A stretch of 64,000 nt of DNA from a virus (taxonomy: Duplodnaviria > Heunggongvirae > Uroviricota > Caudoviricetes), in the IMG/VR virus record IMGVR_UViG_3300031143_000003, positions 83,287 to 147,286 of that record. The stretch is one strand, 5' to 3'. The position numbers and the translations under genes were made by a program. Below are positions 49,892 to 58,260 of this stretch, piece by piece. The notes below the pieces were generated by a model. That model saw only the letters and a program-made list of their open reading frames with translations, had not been told where the DNA came from and made no database searches. Each line of letters starts with the position of its first letter. The first letter of the stretch is position 1.

Positions 49892-50093
49892 AGTTTAATT
49901 GTTTTGGTTTGATTGTTAATTTGAATTATTGATTGTAATTACAGCGAAGCTGTATTTATTAATATATTATTTTCAGATATATTAATGTTATTAGGATATT
50001 AATAGATATTATATAATAACTAGTAATAAATAATTATGTTGTAAATATATTAATATTTTTTGACTCGGTAAAATGTTTTTCAACTTATTTTCA
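49892..50093 (-). promoter_or_regulatory. ~200-bp AT-rich intergenic region with reiterated ATATTAAT-like motifs (promoter cluster or origin candidate)
   Basis: Largest non-coding gap in the window. Repeated tatattaat / gatattaata / aatatattaata motifs. Confidence 0.4.
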
Positions 50094-50327
50094 TTATTTT
50101 GTTGAATTATTTTCAAATAGGTAGGCATCAATGTATATATGAATCAAATGACGCTTGTCTTCAATGGTCAATTGCTTTTCCATGATCTCTCCAATATACC
50201 TAGATTCATTGTCGCACATTATAATTGTTTCAGACATCGTATATAGATTTGATATTCCTTCAGCACCATTGATTGTCCAAGCACATTTGATTGTATCAAT
50301 ATTGATATATTGTTTGTTTGCACCCAT
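50094..50327 (-). CDS. Hypothetical protein (77 aa)
   Basis: ORF in the early-gene block. Confidence 0.4.
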   Translation of the reverse strand: MGANKQYINIDTIKCAWTINGAEGISNLYTMSETIIMCDNESRYIGEIMEKQLTIEDKRHLIHIYIDAYLFENNSTK

Positions 50328-50328
50328 A

Positions 50329-50772
50329 TTATTTTGTTTTTCCGTCTATAAAACGTTGTTGTTTCTTAATAGCTAAATCTAAATCAGTTTGTTTACGCTT
50401 ACGTGGAACAGCTTTCTTTAATACAATTGTCGCAGAAGATTTAACGGAAGGTTTCTTTTTGAGTTTTTTACGCTTAGATGGCTTAGCCTTAACTGTTGTA
50501 TAATTAGATCCATACTTACACGATTTAATTAATTGGCCATTTGCCGATATTATTCTAGCCTCTCCGACGCATGGGTACACCATGTAGCCCCGGATATCCC
50601 CGTTATTTATAACTGTAATAGTATATATCATTGCAGAGAAGTCAGTCGGGATATGATCCCAGTTATCTCCAGCGTAACCTATGCGAGTAACCTCACCGTA
50701 CCTAATGGTACCATCCATATATCTAAATTGAACATCGTCTCCGATTTTGTATTTGTGACTGCGTTTCCTCAT
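50329..50772 (-). CDS. Hypothetical protein with basic C-terminus (147 aa)
   Basis: ORF with KPSKRKKLKKKPS tail. Confidence 0.45.
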   Translation of the reverse strand: MRKRSHKYKIGDDVQFRYMDGTIRYGEVTRIGYAGDNWDHIPTDFSAMIYTITVINNGDIRGYMVYPCVGEARIISANGQLIKSCKYGSNYTTVKAKPSKRKKLKKKPSVKSSATIVLKKAVPRKRKQTDLDLAIKKQQRFIDGKTK

Positions 50773-50783
50773 ATTGATATGAT

Positions 50784-51233
50784 TTAGTTGGTTGCTAATA
50801 TATTAACGTGATCTACAACTGATGTCCAGTCTGGGAATTGATCAGTGCCAAAGTGGATTAGTTTTCCACTAAAATCTCCAGCTCCATTCCAAGTGTGATC
50901 GTCGATTAGTATGTCTCCGATCAATAGATCTTTTCTATGTGTCAATATTAATTTTTTTCTAAATTGTGGAAAGTGATCTGCTACCCATAATCGCTTTTGC
51001 GTCCAAGCATTTGGGTTATCCCAAGGAGCCGTAGAAGCGATCAACAGGTCATGACCGGAATCAAGTAAAGCTTGAACAGCTAACTTAGCTCCGGGTATAG
51101 GTTGTAATATCGAAAAATCGAGGTCTAAATCTGGACAATGTCCATCCCCTGTAAAGTTTGGGTGAGCTGATGCGAGTAATGCAAAATCTGCCAATACACC
51201 ATCTAGGTCAATGAATATTCGTAATTTGGTCAT
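50784..51233 (-). CDS. HAD-superfamily 5'(3')-deoxyribonucleotidase-like protein
   Basis: 149 aa. IFIDLDGVLADF matches the DxDGVLADF motif of NT5C-type deoxyribonucleotidases. Confidence 0.65.
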   Translation of the reverse strand: MTKLRIFIDLDGVLADFALLASAHPNFTGDGHCPDLDLDFSILQPIPGAKLAVQALLDSGHDLLIASTAPWDNPNAWTQKRLWVADHFPQFRKKLILTHRKDLLIGDILIDDHTWNGAGDFSGKLIHFGTDQFPDWTSVVDHVNILATN

Positions 51234-51268
51234 TTGTTATTTGTTATTTGTTATTTGTTATTTGTTAT
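51234..51268 (-). repeat. Heptanucleotide tandem repeat (TTGTTAT)x5 immediately 5' of the nucleotidase start codon
   Basis: ttgttat repeated five times at 51234-51268. It appears to be an expansion of the tttgtttaatttgttat part of the conserved intergenic element. Confidence 0.9.
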
Positions 51269-51348
51269 TTATAGTTAAATATAATCATAATCGATTAACC
51301 CGGAAAATAAATTTAACATTATTTTCAAAAGTTATTAACAATTTCTAT

Positions 51349-51699
51349 TTAACTGTGCATTTGATCGACTAGCATAATTAATCGTTTCTTTGCATCAGCG
51401 AGATCGGAAATAAGGATTTTTCTAATGTAGTATTCTAAATCGGTCTCCAATATGCTAGAGTATGCTCTAATTCTGTCTCGAGTAAATGCGATATCTTTAC
51501 ATAACATATCATGCATAATATCAGCGTCTAATTTATCGTTGGTTTCCGCTTGAATCGGAAGCTGATCCGAATCGTCAGCTAATTGCTGTATAAGCGCCTC
51601 TGATCGATCGCTAAAATACCGTTCAATTGATGTTGAGTCCAATGCACTCCAATGAGCCATTATAAATTCAGATGTGTTTGATTCTGTATTGTTTTCCAT
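51349..51699 (-). CDS. Hypothetical protein
   Basis: The track ORF 51349..51738 begins inside the conserved intergenic element (MLIFTYNQSNKPT). The start is reassigned to MENNTES. Confidence 0.45.
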   Translation of the reverse strand: MENNTESNTSEFIMAHWSALDSTSIERYFSDRSEALIQQLADDSDQLPIQAETNDKLDADIMHDMLCKDIAFTRDRIRAYSSILETDLEYYIRKILISDLADAKKRLIMLVDQMHS

Positions 51700-51794
51700 A
51701 GTAGGTTTGTTTGATTGGTTATAAGTAAATATAAGCATAATAATTTAACCGGAACAATCTTGGACTGTTTATTTTCAAAAGTTATTAACAATCT
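51700..51794 (-). promoter_or_regulatory. Conserved ~90-bp intergenic element (type 1: ...ttataagtaaatataagcat...aaccggaacaatc...ttattttcaaaagttattaacaat)
   Basis: One of at least 12 near-identical copies. This copy and those at 52828, 57009, 57729 and 60661 (51234-51345 also resembles the type-1 pattern) share the same two halves. Confidence 0.55.
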
Positions 51795-52208
51795 CTATTT
51801 GTCAAAATGATCTCGAGAGAGCTCTTCTATTCTATACTTAGCATGGCTTATAACCGATGAGGCTTTCCTATGGTGTTCTGCTACCTCTACTACGTTTTCA
51901 AGTTCCTCTGTAAGCATTTCTCTTACATACTGGTCTACGTATATTTTAACTAAGTAACTATGGAGCTCTTTAGCTTCAGTTGAAGTCGATGGCTGGTGTA
52001 TTGTATTTAATAACCTGTCATGCAATATATTCCGTTTATTTCCCTTTAGCCTATAGAAGAGGTTCCATCCAGCTTCTATGTCTTCTACATGCATTATTAC
52101 ACTATACTCTGCTAAGTATTCATCTAGAGATATCTGATTATCCATACGGTATGTCTGATCCCATTTGATCATTAGCTCTATAGCTTCTTCGTGTATATCT
52201 ATCGCCAT
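51795..52208 (-). CDS. Hypothetical protein (137 aa)
   Basis: ORF preceded by the AACTAAAACAAGACTAAG-ATG leader motif. Confidence 0.45.
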   Translation of the reverse strand: MAIDIHEEAIELMIKWDQTYRMDNQISLDEYLAEYSVIMHVEDIEAGWNLFYRLKGNKRNILHDRLLNTIHQPSTSTEAKELHSYLVKIYVDQYVREMLTEELENVVEVAEHHRKASSVISHAKYRIEELSRDHFDK

Positions 52209-52219
52209 CTTAGTCTTGT

Positions 52220-52435
52220 TTAGTATCCGTAATTAATTTTAATTGAAAGTGCTTCATTCTTACCTTCCTCACCAAAGGATTCCATTACTTCAATAGCAAT
52301 ATCGGTGTCTAGTTGACATATAATACTTGATACGCCACTTAAAAACGAATCCTTATTCTTTATTTCGTGCTCTTGAAGTAAATCGTTTAGCTCCATTGTA
52401 ATTGTATTTATCTTTCCTAGTCTTTCTCTATCCAT
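52220..52435 (-). CDS. Hypothetical protein (71 aa)
   Basis: ORF with the same conserved leader motif. Confidence 0.4.
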   Translation of the reverse strand: MDRERLGKINTITMELNDLLQEHEIKNKDSFLSGVSSIICQLDTDIAIEVMESFGEEGKNEALSIKINYGY

Positions 52436-52436
52436 C

Positions 52437-52655
52437 TTACTCTTGTTTTAGTTCTTTGATTCTATTTTTAAGATTATCTGATAGGTAGGTTTCTACTTCT
52501 TGATTAAAGTAATTTTCTAATTGCTTCTCCAACTCTTCTATTACTCGCTTGTTAGTAAGCTCCTTAATACGAACATCAATCAGTCTAGCTAAATCATTAG
52601 CTAATCGTTTTGGTACTAGACTTAATAAATTCGCTAATAGTATTTCAGTACTCAT
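52437..52655 (-). CDS. Hypothetical protein (72 aa), paralogue of the partial gene at the right window edge
   Basis: C-terminal NRIKELKQE matches ...NQRIKELKQD of the ORF fragment at 63899-64000. Confidence 0.4.
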   Translation of the reverse strand: MSTEILLANLLSLVPKRLANDLARLIDVRIKELTNKRVIEELEKQLENYFNQEVETYLSDNLKNRIKELKQE

Positions 52656-52656
52656 C

Positions 52657-52827
52657 TTAGTCTTGTTTTAGTTTGTTGAATCTATTTATAAAGTAGTAGT
52701 TTATCTCTCCACTATCATCTATAAGCTGGTAAACATCTTCGTCCAATGCAATTACATTGTACTTTGAACCTAATGTCAAATGGTTCTTCCATACGCCTGG
52801 ATCTATGCATTCTACAATTATCATCAT
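52657..52827 (-). CDS. Hypothetical small protein
   Basis: The track ORF 52657..52866 starts in the conserved element (MLIFNYNKLNKPI). Start reassigned to MMIIVEC. Confidence 0.4.
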   Translation of the reverse strand: MMIIVECIDPGVWKNHLTLGSKYNVIALDEDVYQLIDDSGEINYYFINRFNKLKQD

Positions 52828-52922
52828 AATAGGTTTGTTTAATTTGTTATAGTTAAATATAAGCATTATTCTTTAACCGGAACAATCCTATGTGATTATT
52901 TTCAATAAGTTATTAACAATTT
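52828..52922 (-). promoter_or_regulatory. Conserved intergenic element, type 1
   Basis: ggtttgtttaatttgttatagttaaatataagcattattctttaaccggaacaatcctatgtgattattttcaataagttattaacaat. Confidence 0.55.
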
Positions 52923-53285
52923 CTAACGATCACTGCGTTTGAGTATTTGTTTCAGAATAGCCCGATCTGCCATAGATTCAATTAGGTCAGATTCATCTCC
53001 CAATATTGCATGATCCCGGCCTAGTTTATATGCCGGCAAATATTCATCTGCAATAAATTTGATGTTTGCATCTGCCCAACCCCATAATTCGTCGTGCCAA
53101 CCTTGTCCGTACCAATCTAATAATATCTTTTCATCTTGTGTCATAGTTTTGTCCGTGTTAGTTTGTTGTTTTTTAATGCAATTTTCACATAAAACTGCGT
53201 TATGTAATCCTCTACCGATAATGCAGCGACATTGGTTACATAATGTAGCGCCATACCCGTTGTTGAATTTATGTATTGCTTTCAT
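52923..53285 (-). CDS. Cys-rich zinc-binding hypothetical protein (120 aa)
   Basis: CNQCRC...CENC. Confidence 0.45.
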   Translation of the reverse strand: MKAIHKFNNGYGATLCNQCRCIIGRGLHNAVLCENCIKKQQTNTDKTMTQDEKILLDWYGQGWHDELWGWADANIKFIADEYLPAYKLGRDHAILGDESDLIESMADRAILKQILKRSDR

Positions 53286-53303
53286 ATTGAATGTCTATTA
53301 ATG

Positions 53304-53765
53304 TTAAAATGAACCAGGAGCGACTTGCATAACCGTTAATCCTCTATCTCTCCACATTTTCACGACCTTATCGCGATCATCGAATATACATAGTACATCA
53401 GATTGATTTGGAAATTTAGCGTCGAACCAATCTGATTTGAGCTTATCGTCGGGTGTGAATGAATTTAGTGGTCTCATTGTGATACTGTCAAATGGTACAT
53501 TGAATTTATCAAGCCATTTTGTTGTAGTGTCCTTTGTTCCAGTACATCGACCAGAAAATATCGCAATATTGAAACCTTGTGATTTGAGTGTTTGTGCCAT
53601 GATTATGACTGGATTATTGGGCTTATCCATTTGGATATTATTTGGATCAAAAAACTTAGTCCAATTAATCTTCCCATTGTCCTTTGTGCTAAAGGATCGT
53701 CGATCATCAATAAGTGCTAGGGTGCCATCTAGATCGAAAATTACCCATTTGTTTGAATTGCTCAT
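53304..53765 (-). CDS. Polynucleotide 3'-phosphatase, homologue of the T4 Pnk C-terminal HAD phosphatase domain (stand-alone)
   Basis: 153 aa. VIFDLDGTLA (DxDGT). IAIFSGRCTGTKDTTTKWL versus T4 VVVSGRESGTKEDPTKYY. C-terminus IFDDRDKVVKMWRDRGLTVMQVAPGSF versus T4 [27 protein letters not shown]. Confidence 0.85.
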   Translation of the reverse strand: MSNSNKWVIFDLDGTLALIDDRRSFSTKDNGKINWTKFFDPNNIQMDKPNNPVIIMAQTLKSQGFNIAIFSGRCTGTKDTTTKWLDKFNVPFDSITMRPLNSFTPDDKLKSDWFDAKFPNQSDVLCIFDDRDKVVKMWRDRGLTVMQVAPGSF

Positions 53766-53833
53766 AGTTGATATGTTTAATTGTTATAAGTAAATATAAG
53801 CAATTAAAATGACATAAAAAAATATTATATCAA

Positions 53834-54232
53834 CTATTTTATAATTAATATATTTGCCAATTCGATGGCCTTAAGGTACTGGCCATTTTCATCTTCAACT
53901 GTCCAAAAAACAATTGACTTTTCCTCATGGAATATACAAATTTTGGATTTATCTCCGTCTGTTATGTAACAGTCATATGCATCATCGCATTCTGGAATCA
54001 ATACCCACCAAGTATGAATAATCTCGGTATCGTTTAACATTACTTCTATGTACTCTTCGTGGATTGTAAATGCAACTTCAGATTTGAATGATTCATCTAA
54101 TTGATAAGCCATACCATTCCAATCATACAGGTTGGTCACATCTGATATATAGGTTGTCTGTGCGGTACATACTGTCGATAATAACATGAATATACATAAT
54201 GCCGCCTTAATCTTTTTCATCTTTTGCTCCAT
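53834..54232 (-). CDS. Secreted hypothetical protein (signal peptide)
   Basis: 132 aa. N-terminal MKKIKAALCIFMLLSTVCTAQ. Confidence 0.5.
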   Translation of the reverse strand: MEQKMKKIKAALCIFMLLSTVCTAQTTYISDVTNLYDWNGMAYQLDESFKSEVAFTIHEEYIEVMLNDTEIIHTWWVLIPECDDAYDCYITDGDKSKICIFHEEKSIVFWTVEDENGQYLKAIELANILIIK

Positions 54233-54281
54233 GGTTTAAATCTGTTCATTAATAAATATACATGGTGCTAATTATTGTTGA

Positions 54282-54355
54282 GTGGACCCTACTGGACTCG
54301 AACCAGTGACCTTAACATTATGAGTGTTCTGCTCTAACCAACTGAGCTAAGGGTC
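54282..54355 (-). tRNA. tRNA with CAU anticodon (Met or Ile2/lysidine type)
   Basis: Minus strand GGACCCTTAGCTCAGTTGGTTAGAGCAGAACACTCATAATGTTAAGGTCACTGGTTCGAGTCCAGTAGGGTCCA. 7-bp acceptor, D-arm GCTC/GAGC with GG, anticodon loop CTCATAA, T-arm ACTGG-TTCGAGT-CCAGT. 74 nt, no encoded CCA. Confidence 0.8.
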
Positions 54356-54439
54356 CGGGTGATGGTTGTCTAACTTTAATTATGGGTGGAAAACCCAACT
54401 AAAGACCTTAGTTTGCTGGTACCATCAACAGCTATACTG

Positions 54440-55297
54440 TTATTTGCCGGTTACGGACTTAAATAACTGTGGTACTACGCCGTATGTTGGCAATTTACCA
54501 TCCCATTTCTCGATCATCTGTTGTTGAACCAATAGATCGGTCAATGCTGTGTTTTTCTGCTGGAAAGCATAACGTTCGGCCTCTGCATTAATTCGCATAG
54601 CTTTCGCATCTCCCTCTGCTTCTGCAACAATTTTCTCTGCATCTGCTGTAGTTTGAGCCAATTCCTCTTGCTTACGTAATGCCATTTGAGTAGCATTAAC
54701 CTTCGCTTCGATGTTCGACACAACCGATTTTGGAAGTCTCAACTCATTTAATAATACAACTTGTTCGATGACAAATCCTTCTGGCTCGAGAATCGTTCTA
54801 ATCGCATTTTCTGACTCAGTTTGGAAGTCATTACGACGCTCATATAATTCCGAAGCTGAATAGTTTGCAGCTGTTGAGTTAAACGCATCACGCATATAGT
54901 TCTTGACGATCGTTTTTTCTAACTCTCCAATTGGTCGACGATATTTCTTAAATATACTTACAACATTTTCAGCTGGAGTATAATAGTTTATAGATACATC
55001 GAATGCAACAACTAGTCCATTACTCGTCGTTATTCTAAATTCCTCATTTTCATCGGAATGACGAGTGTCTTGCTTAGTGTAAACTGCGTTTTGAACATAC
55101 GTTGGTACTTCATATACCTCTGTCGTGAATGGATTGTACCAAACTGCTCCAGTAACTGCTGTTACGTTTTGCACTCCCTTTTCATTTCCATATAGATTAA
55201 CTCTAATTCCTTCGTGTCCTGCGTCAATACGCTCATATCCACATGAAGATAACAATAACGTTGCTACCCCTAATACTAATAAAATTTGCTTTTTCAT
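54440..55297 (-). CDS. SPFH/band-7 (stomatin/prohibitin/HflK-like) domain lipoprotein
   Basis: 285 aa. Lipoprotein signal MKKQILLVLGVATLLLSSC. C-terminal ...NATQMALRKQEELAQTTADAEKIVAEAEGDAKAMRINAEAERYAFQQ is typical of SPFH family coiled-coil/A-E-rich tails. Confidence 0.55.
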   Translation of the reverse strand: MKKQILLVLGVATLLLSSCGYERIDAGHEGIRVNLYGNEKGVQNVTAVTGAVWYNPFTTEVYEVPTYVQNAVYTKQDTRHSDENEEFRITTSNGLVVAFDVSINYYTPAENVVSIFKKYRRPIGELEKTIVKNYMRDAFNSTAANYSASELYERRNDFQTESENAIRTILEPEGFVIEQVVLLNELRLPKSVVSNIEAKVNATQMALRKQEELAQTTADAEKIVAEAEGDAKAMRINAEAERYAFQQKNTALTDLLVQQQMIEKWDGKLPTYGVVPQLFKSVTGK

Positions 55298-55301
55298 ATA
55301 A

Positions 55302-55466
55302 CTACCTGTTGATTAATTTAATACCGGAATAAATTGTTAAAAGTACGACTAAGAATCCGGCGATATTCTTAGTTGTATTCGGTTCACTAATTAGGTCGAG
55401 CCCAATTGTTATCATAAATATTGCTACAAACAATGTTATGATTATTCCCATTATTTTTTCGATCAT
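55302..55466 (-). CDS. Small two-TM membrane peptide (54 aa), possible NfeD-like partner of the SPFH protein
   Basis: MIEKIMGIIITLFVAIFMITIGLDLISEPNTTKNIAGFLVVLLTIYSGIKLINR. Start overlaps the upstream gene's stop (ATGA) and it ends 5 nt before the SPFH start. Not in the ORF track (under 60 aa). Confidence 0.35.
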   Translation of the reverse strand: MIEKIMGIIITLFVAIFMITIGLDLISEPNTTKNIAGFLVVLLTIYSGIKLINR

Positions 55467-56143
55467 TTTGCGTATGTTAAAATGTTACCTTGGCCAGTAT
55501 TCTTGCCAAATCTTCCGTCTTTTACGCATGAACCGTTACTATAAAGTGTGTCGATTCCTGCAATCGTTTTTGTTCCAGCATTGATTATGCCTTCGCAATT
55601 GTGAATGTGTCCAAATAATACTAGTTTTGGACGAACAGTCAATAATCGTTTTGCTAAAGCCGAACATCCACAGTATTCTAATGCTCCGAATCTATCAGTT
55701 GATAGGTCCAATATGCCCTTAGGTGGTCCGTGCACAATAACAATGTTCGTGTTATCTGGAATTTCAGCCCAAAGTCGACTTAATTTTGATCGATTTTTCA
55801 TGAACGACCAGTCTCCGAATGTTGGAGAGAACGGTGATCCCCATATGTTAATACCATCGATCGTTACTGATTCATTTTCCAAATAGACGATACCATTTGC
55901 CTTGAATAGGTCCCTATCGACAAGTCCATATTCGATACTTGAGTCGTGATTTCCAGCAACGAATATCTTGTGCTTGATTTGTAGACTACTAAACCATGTT
56001 ATAAACGAACGAACCTCAGGCTCATTTGCATATTGATTTCTAGGGTTCGAACAGTCTCCTGAAAAGATCACCATGTCAATATCTGATGGTATATTCAAGT
56101 GACCATGATACGTGTGAGTATCGCTTATGTGCCAAATTCTCAT
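55463..56143 (-). CDS. Calcineurin-like metallophosphoesterase
   Basis: 226 aa. HISDTH, GD, GNHD, VHGPP, GHIH motifs. Confidence 0.7.
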   Translation of the reverse strand: MRIWHISDTHTYHGHLNIPSDIDMVIFSGDCSNPRNQYANEPEVRSFITWFSSLQIKHKIFVAGNHDSSIEYGLVDRDLFKANGIVYLENESVTIDGINIWGSPFSPTFGDWSFMKNRSKLSRLWAEIPDNTNIVIVHGPPKGILDLSTDRFGALEYCGCSALAKRLLTVRPKLVLFGHIHNCEGIINAGTKTIAGIDTLYSNGSCVKDGRFGKNTGQGNILTYAK

Positions 56144-56412
56144 TAGTCTTGTCTTTCTAGGGTGTATATTGAATTGAGTGTGTCGATCGTTAGTGATCCA
56201 TCAACGCCAAACTGAACTGTGTTTATGACGGTGGTCTGCCAAACATATTCGTTTGTAAATGGACCGAGTATTAGACTTCTACCAATTTTTATGCCGTCGA
56301 TACCGATGATAAGTTCATCGAATGTGTCGTCGTCTTTCCATGATATAAATCCAATTTGATCAGATAGTTTGGTTAAACCGTCTCGTGATCTAGTTAATTT
56401 CCATTCTGTCAT
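56143..56412 (-). CDS. Hypothetical protein (89 aa)
   Basis: ORF, start/stop coupled with neighbours. Confidence 0.4.
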   Translation of the reverse strand: MTEWKLTRSRDGLTKLSDQIGFISWKDDDTFDELIIGIDGIKIGRSLILGPFTNEYVWQTTVINTVQFGVDGSLTIDTLNSIYTLERQD

Positions 56413-56413
56413 G

Positions 56414-56662
56414 TTAGTATGCTTTTATGAATGTTCCTTCTTTACTCGATAAAATTGATAGGCTGAATTCCTTATCGAGGTGCTTAGTAATACTTGATAT
56501 GTCCATAGATCGCAATGCCATCATAAACATATTATAGTTACTGTCTCCGCCGTTTTTGACAAAATACGAAAAAAGCAATTGCACATTCAAATTACTTGAA
56601 TTGCGCATTGCAATGTATTCTTCCCTAGACATAGCTAATATTACCGTGACCAACCATTCCAA
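56414..56662 (-). CDS. Hypothetical protein (82 aa)
   Basis: ORF. 38-nt overlap with the upstream gene suggests the start may be further downstream. Confidence 0.35.
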   Translation of the reverse strand: MEWLVTVILAMSREEYIAMRNSSNLNVQLLFSYFVKNGGDSNYNMFMMALRSMDISSITKHLDKEFSLSILSSKEGTFIKAY

Positions 56663-57008
56663 CTTCCAATGTCGGAACTAATCCATCGCTATGTAAATCT
56701 CCGTATGATTCGTTCATGAACCAGTTTTCAGAATCAGAAACTGTTCTACTGAATTCCTTGAAGATATCGTCTAATGTGAAACCTTCTCCGAATCTGTAGC
56801 ACATTGTAGCAACCACATTTCTAAATGCTGTTTCCGAACTTGGATTGCTTTCATCATCGGCTAACTTGCGAAGTTTACCACCCAATTCCATAATAATTGT
56901 CTTCATGTTATCAGCAACTGTATCGTTGTGGCTGTACATTTCGCTTGAATGTGGCTTTGTAATTTCGATTCCGTAAATGAATTGATTTGGTTTTTTAGTT
57001 CTGCTCAT
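56625..57008 (-). CDS. Hypothetical protein (127 aa)
   Basis: ORF preceded by the conserved element, with AAACCTACTTATT-ATG leader. Confidence 0.45.
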   Translation of the reverse strand: MSRTKKPNQFIYGIEITKPHSSEMYSHNDTVADNMKTIIMELGGKLRKLADDESNPSSETAFRNVVATMCYRFGEGFTLDDIFKEFSRTVSDSENWFMNESYGDLHSDGLVPTLEVGMVGHGNISYV

Positions 57009-57120
57009 AATAAGTAGGTTTAGTTAGTGTTAATTTGTTATTTATAGTATAAATATAAGCAATATTTTCCCAACCGGAAAACGTTTTTACATTTATTTTC
57101 AAAAGTTATTAACAATCTAA
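57009..57120 (-). promoter_or_regulatory. Conserved intergenic element, type 1 (contains TATAAATA on the coding strand)
   Basis: ...tatttatagtataaatataagcaatattttcccaaccggaaaacg...ttattttcaaaagttattaacaat. A near-identical copy lies at 57729-57840. Confidence 0.55.
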
Positions 57121-57279
57121 TTCTACAGGCCTAATATATATGCAGTCAACATTATTGCTACGTATAAAAAACCGCTAACGTCTATTTTTGTGTGTTGTTT
57201 CATATGAATATAAATATGATTGGCTAGCCGAAGTGTATTAATTCAATGTTACTAGATTGTTAACATTATGATACATTAT

Positions 57280-57519
57280 CTAGGCCTTTGTTTTTCCGAA
57301 AACTGCGTAGTATTTGCCATCCCAAAATTTGGATAGTCTGTCTTTTCCAGTTAGGAAATATGGATTGGCAGATGAACTAAATGCTGAGCTGTAATATCCT
57401 CTGTTTTTGCGATAGTCGTATGTAATACCATTCAACTTACAAACGAAGGTTATAATCTCAGTGTATGTTGCTCCACGTTTTGTTGCAACGTATTCTAATA
57501 CTTGTGATTTGATTGTCAT
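57280..57519 (-). CDS. Hypothetical protein (79 aa)
   Basis: ORF. Confidence 0.4.
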   Translation of the reverse strand: MTIKSQVLEYVATKRGATYTEIITFVCKLNGITYDYRKNRGYYSSAFSSSANPYFLTGKDRLSKFWDGKYYAVFGKTKA

Positions 57520-57530
57520 AATTGGATTGT

Positions 57531-57728
57531 TTACTTTATGAAATTACTATATACAAAACTTGCTACAGCTGCAATTGCTACAACAGATACGACCAATAGA
57601 ATTGGAATCCAGATTGGCGATAGAACCCATGTCCATGACCATGAAATTAGGTTTGTTAACTTCAAGATAACGAATACAATCAAAACGATTGATGATGAGT
57701 TGATTCCTGATTTTGCTTGATTTTGCAT
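57531..57728 (-). CDS. Small two-TM membrane protein (65 aa)
   Basis: Hydrophobic ORF (IVLIVFVILKL...WIPILLVVSVVAIAAVASFVY) directly after a conserved intergenic element. Confidence 0.45.
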   Translation of the reverse strand: MQNQAKSGINSSSIVLIVFVILKLTNLISWSWTWVLSPIWIPILLVVSVVAIAAVASFVYSNFIK

Positions 57729-57840
57729 GTTGCGTAGGTTTAGTTAGTGTTAATTTGTTATTTATAGTATAAATATAAGCAATATTTTCCCAACCGGAAA
57801 ACAATTGATCATTTATTTTTAAAAGTTATTAACAATTTAA
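57729..57840 (-). promoter_or_regulatory. Conserved intergenic element, type 1 (near-identical to 57009-57120)
   Basis: About 70 bp is identical to the 57009 copy. Confidence 0.55.
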
Positions 57841-57980
57841 AGTATGATAATTACTGATTGGGCTGCTGCCGTACAATCTAATAAAGTCCGATTTAAGAAT
57901 AGTTTCTACTTCTGAGTCTGGCCATACCATTGAAACCATATTGCTGTACACGTCTAATACTGTCATATTTTGTTGATTGG

Positions 57981-58259
57981 TTATATTGATTTTATTGTAC
58001 TAAGAATTTGTCGTAAATCGGAGTTTATCGCCTTAAGGTCTGCATAAATGCGCCCACATTCAAAACTTAATTGACTAAGCTCTAAATCCTGCTTACCAAC
58101 CCTGCCGGCATGTGTTTGAATTGCGTCAAACCGATCGGCTATTTGTTCTAAATCAGTCGATTCATATTCAAATTGATCAACTTCTGGCGGTGTAGATCCA
58201 GTTTGACCACTTGGTTCAGATGACGTTCGAGTCATTGTACTAATCCATCGTTTTTTCAT
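57981..58259 (-). CDS. Hypothetical protein (92 aa)
   Basis: ORF. Confidence 0.4.
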   Translation of the reverse strand: MKKRWISTMTRTSSEPSGQTGSTPPEVDQFEYESTDLEQIADRFDAIQTHAGRVGKQDLELSQLSFECGRIYADLKAINSDLRQILSTIKSI

Positions 58260-58260
58260 A

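Noticed and set aside
54356-54439. Possible second tRNA or terminator next to the tRNA(CAU)
   Set aside because: Only two short hairpins (GGGT-GGAAA-ACCC and AACTAA-AGACC-TTAGTT) are present. There is no T-loop or acceptor pairing. At most a weak terminator for the SPFH gene.
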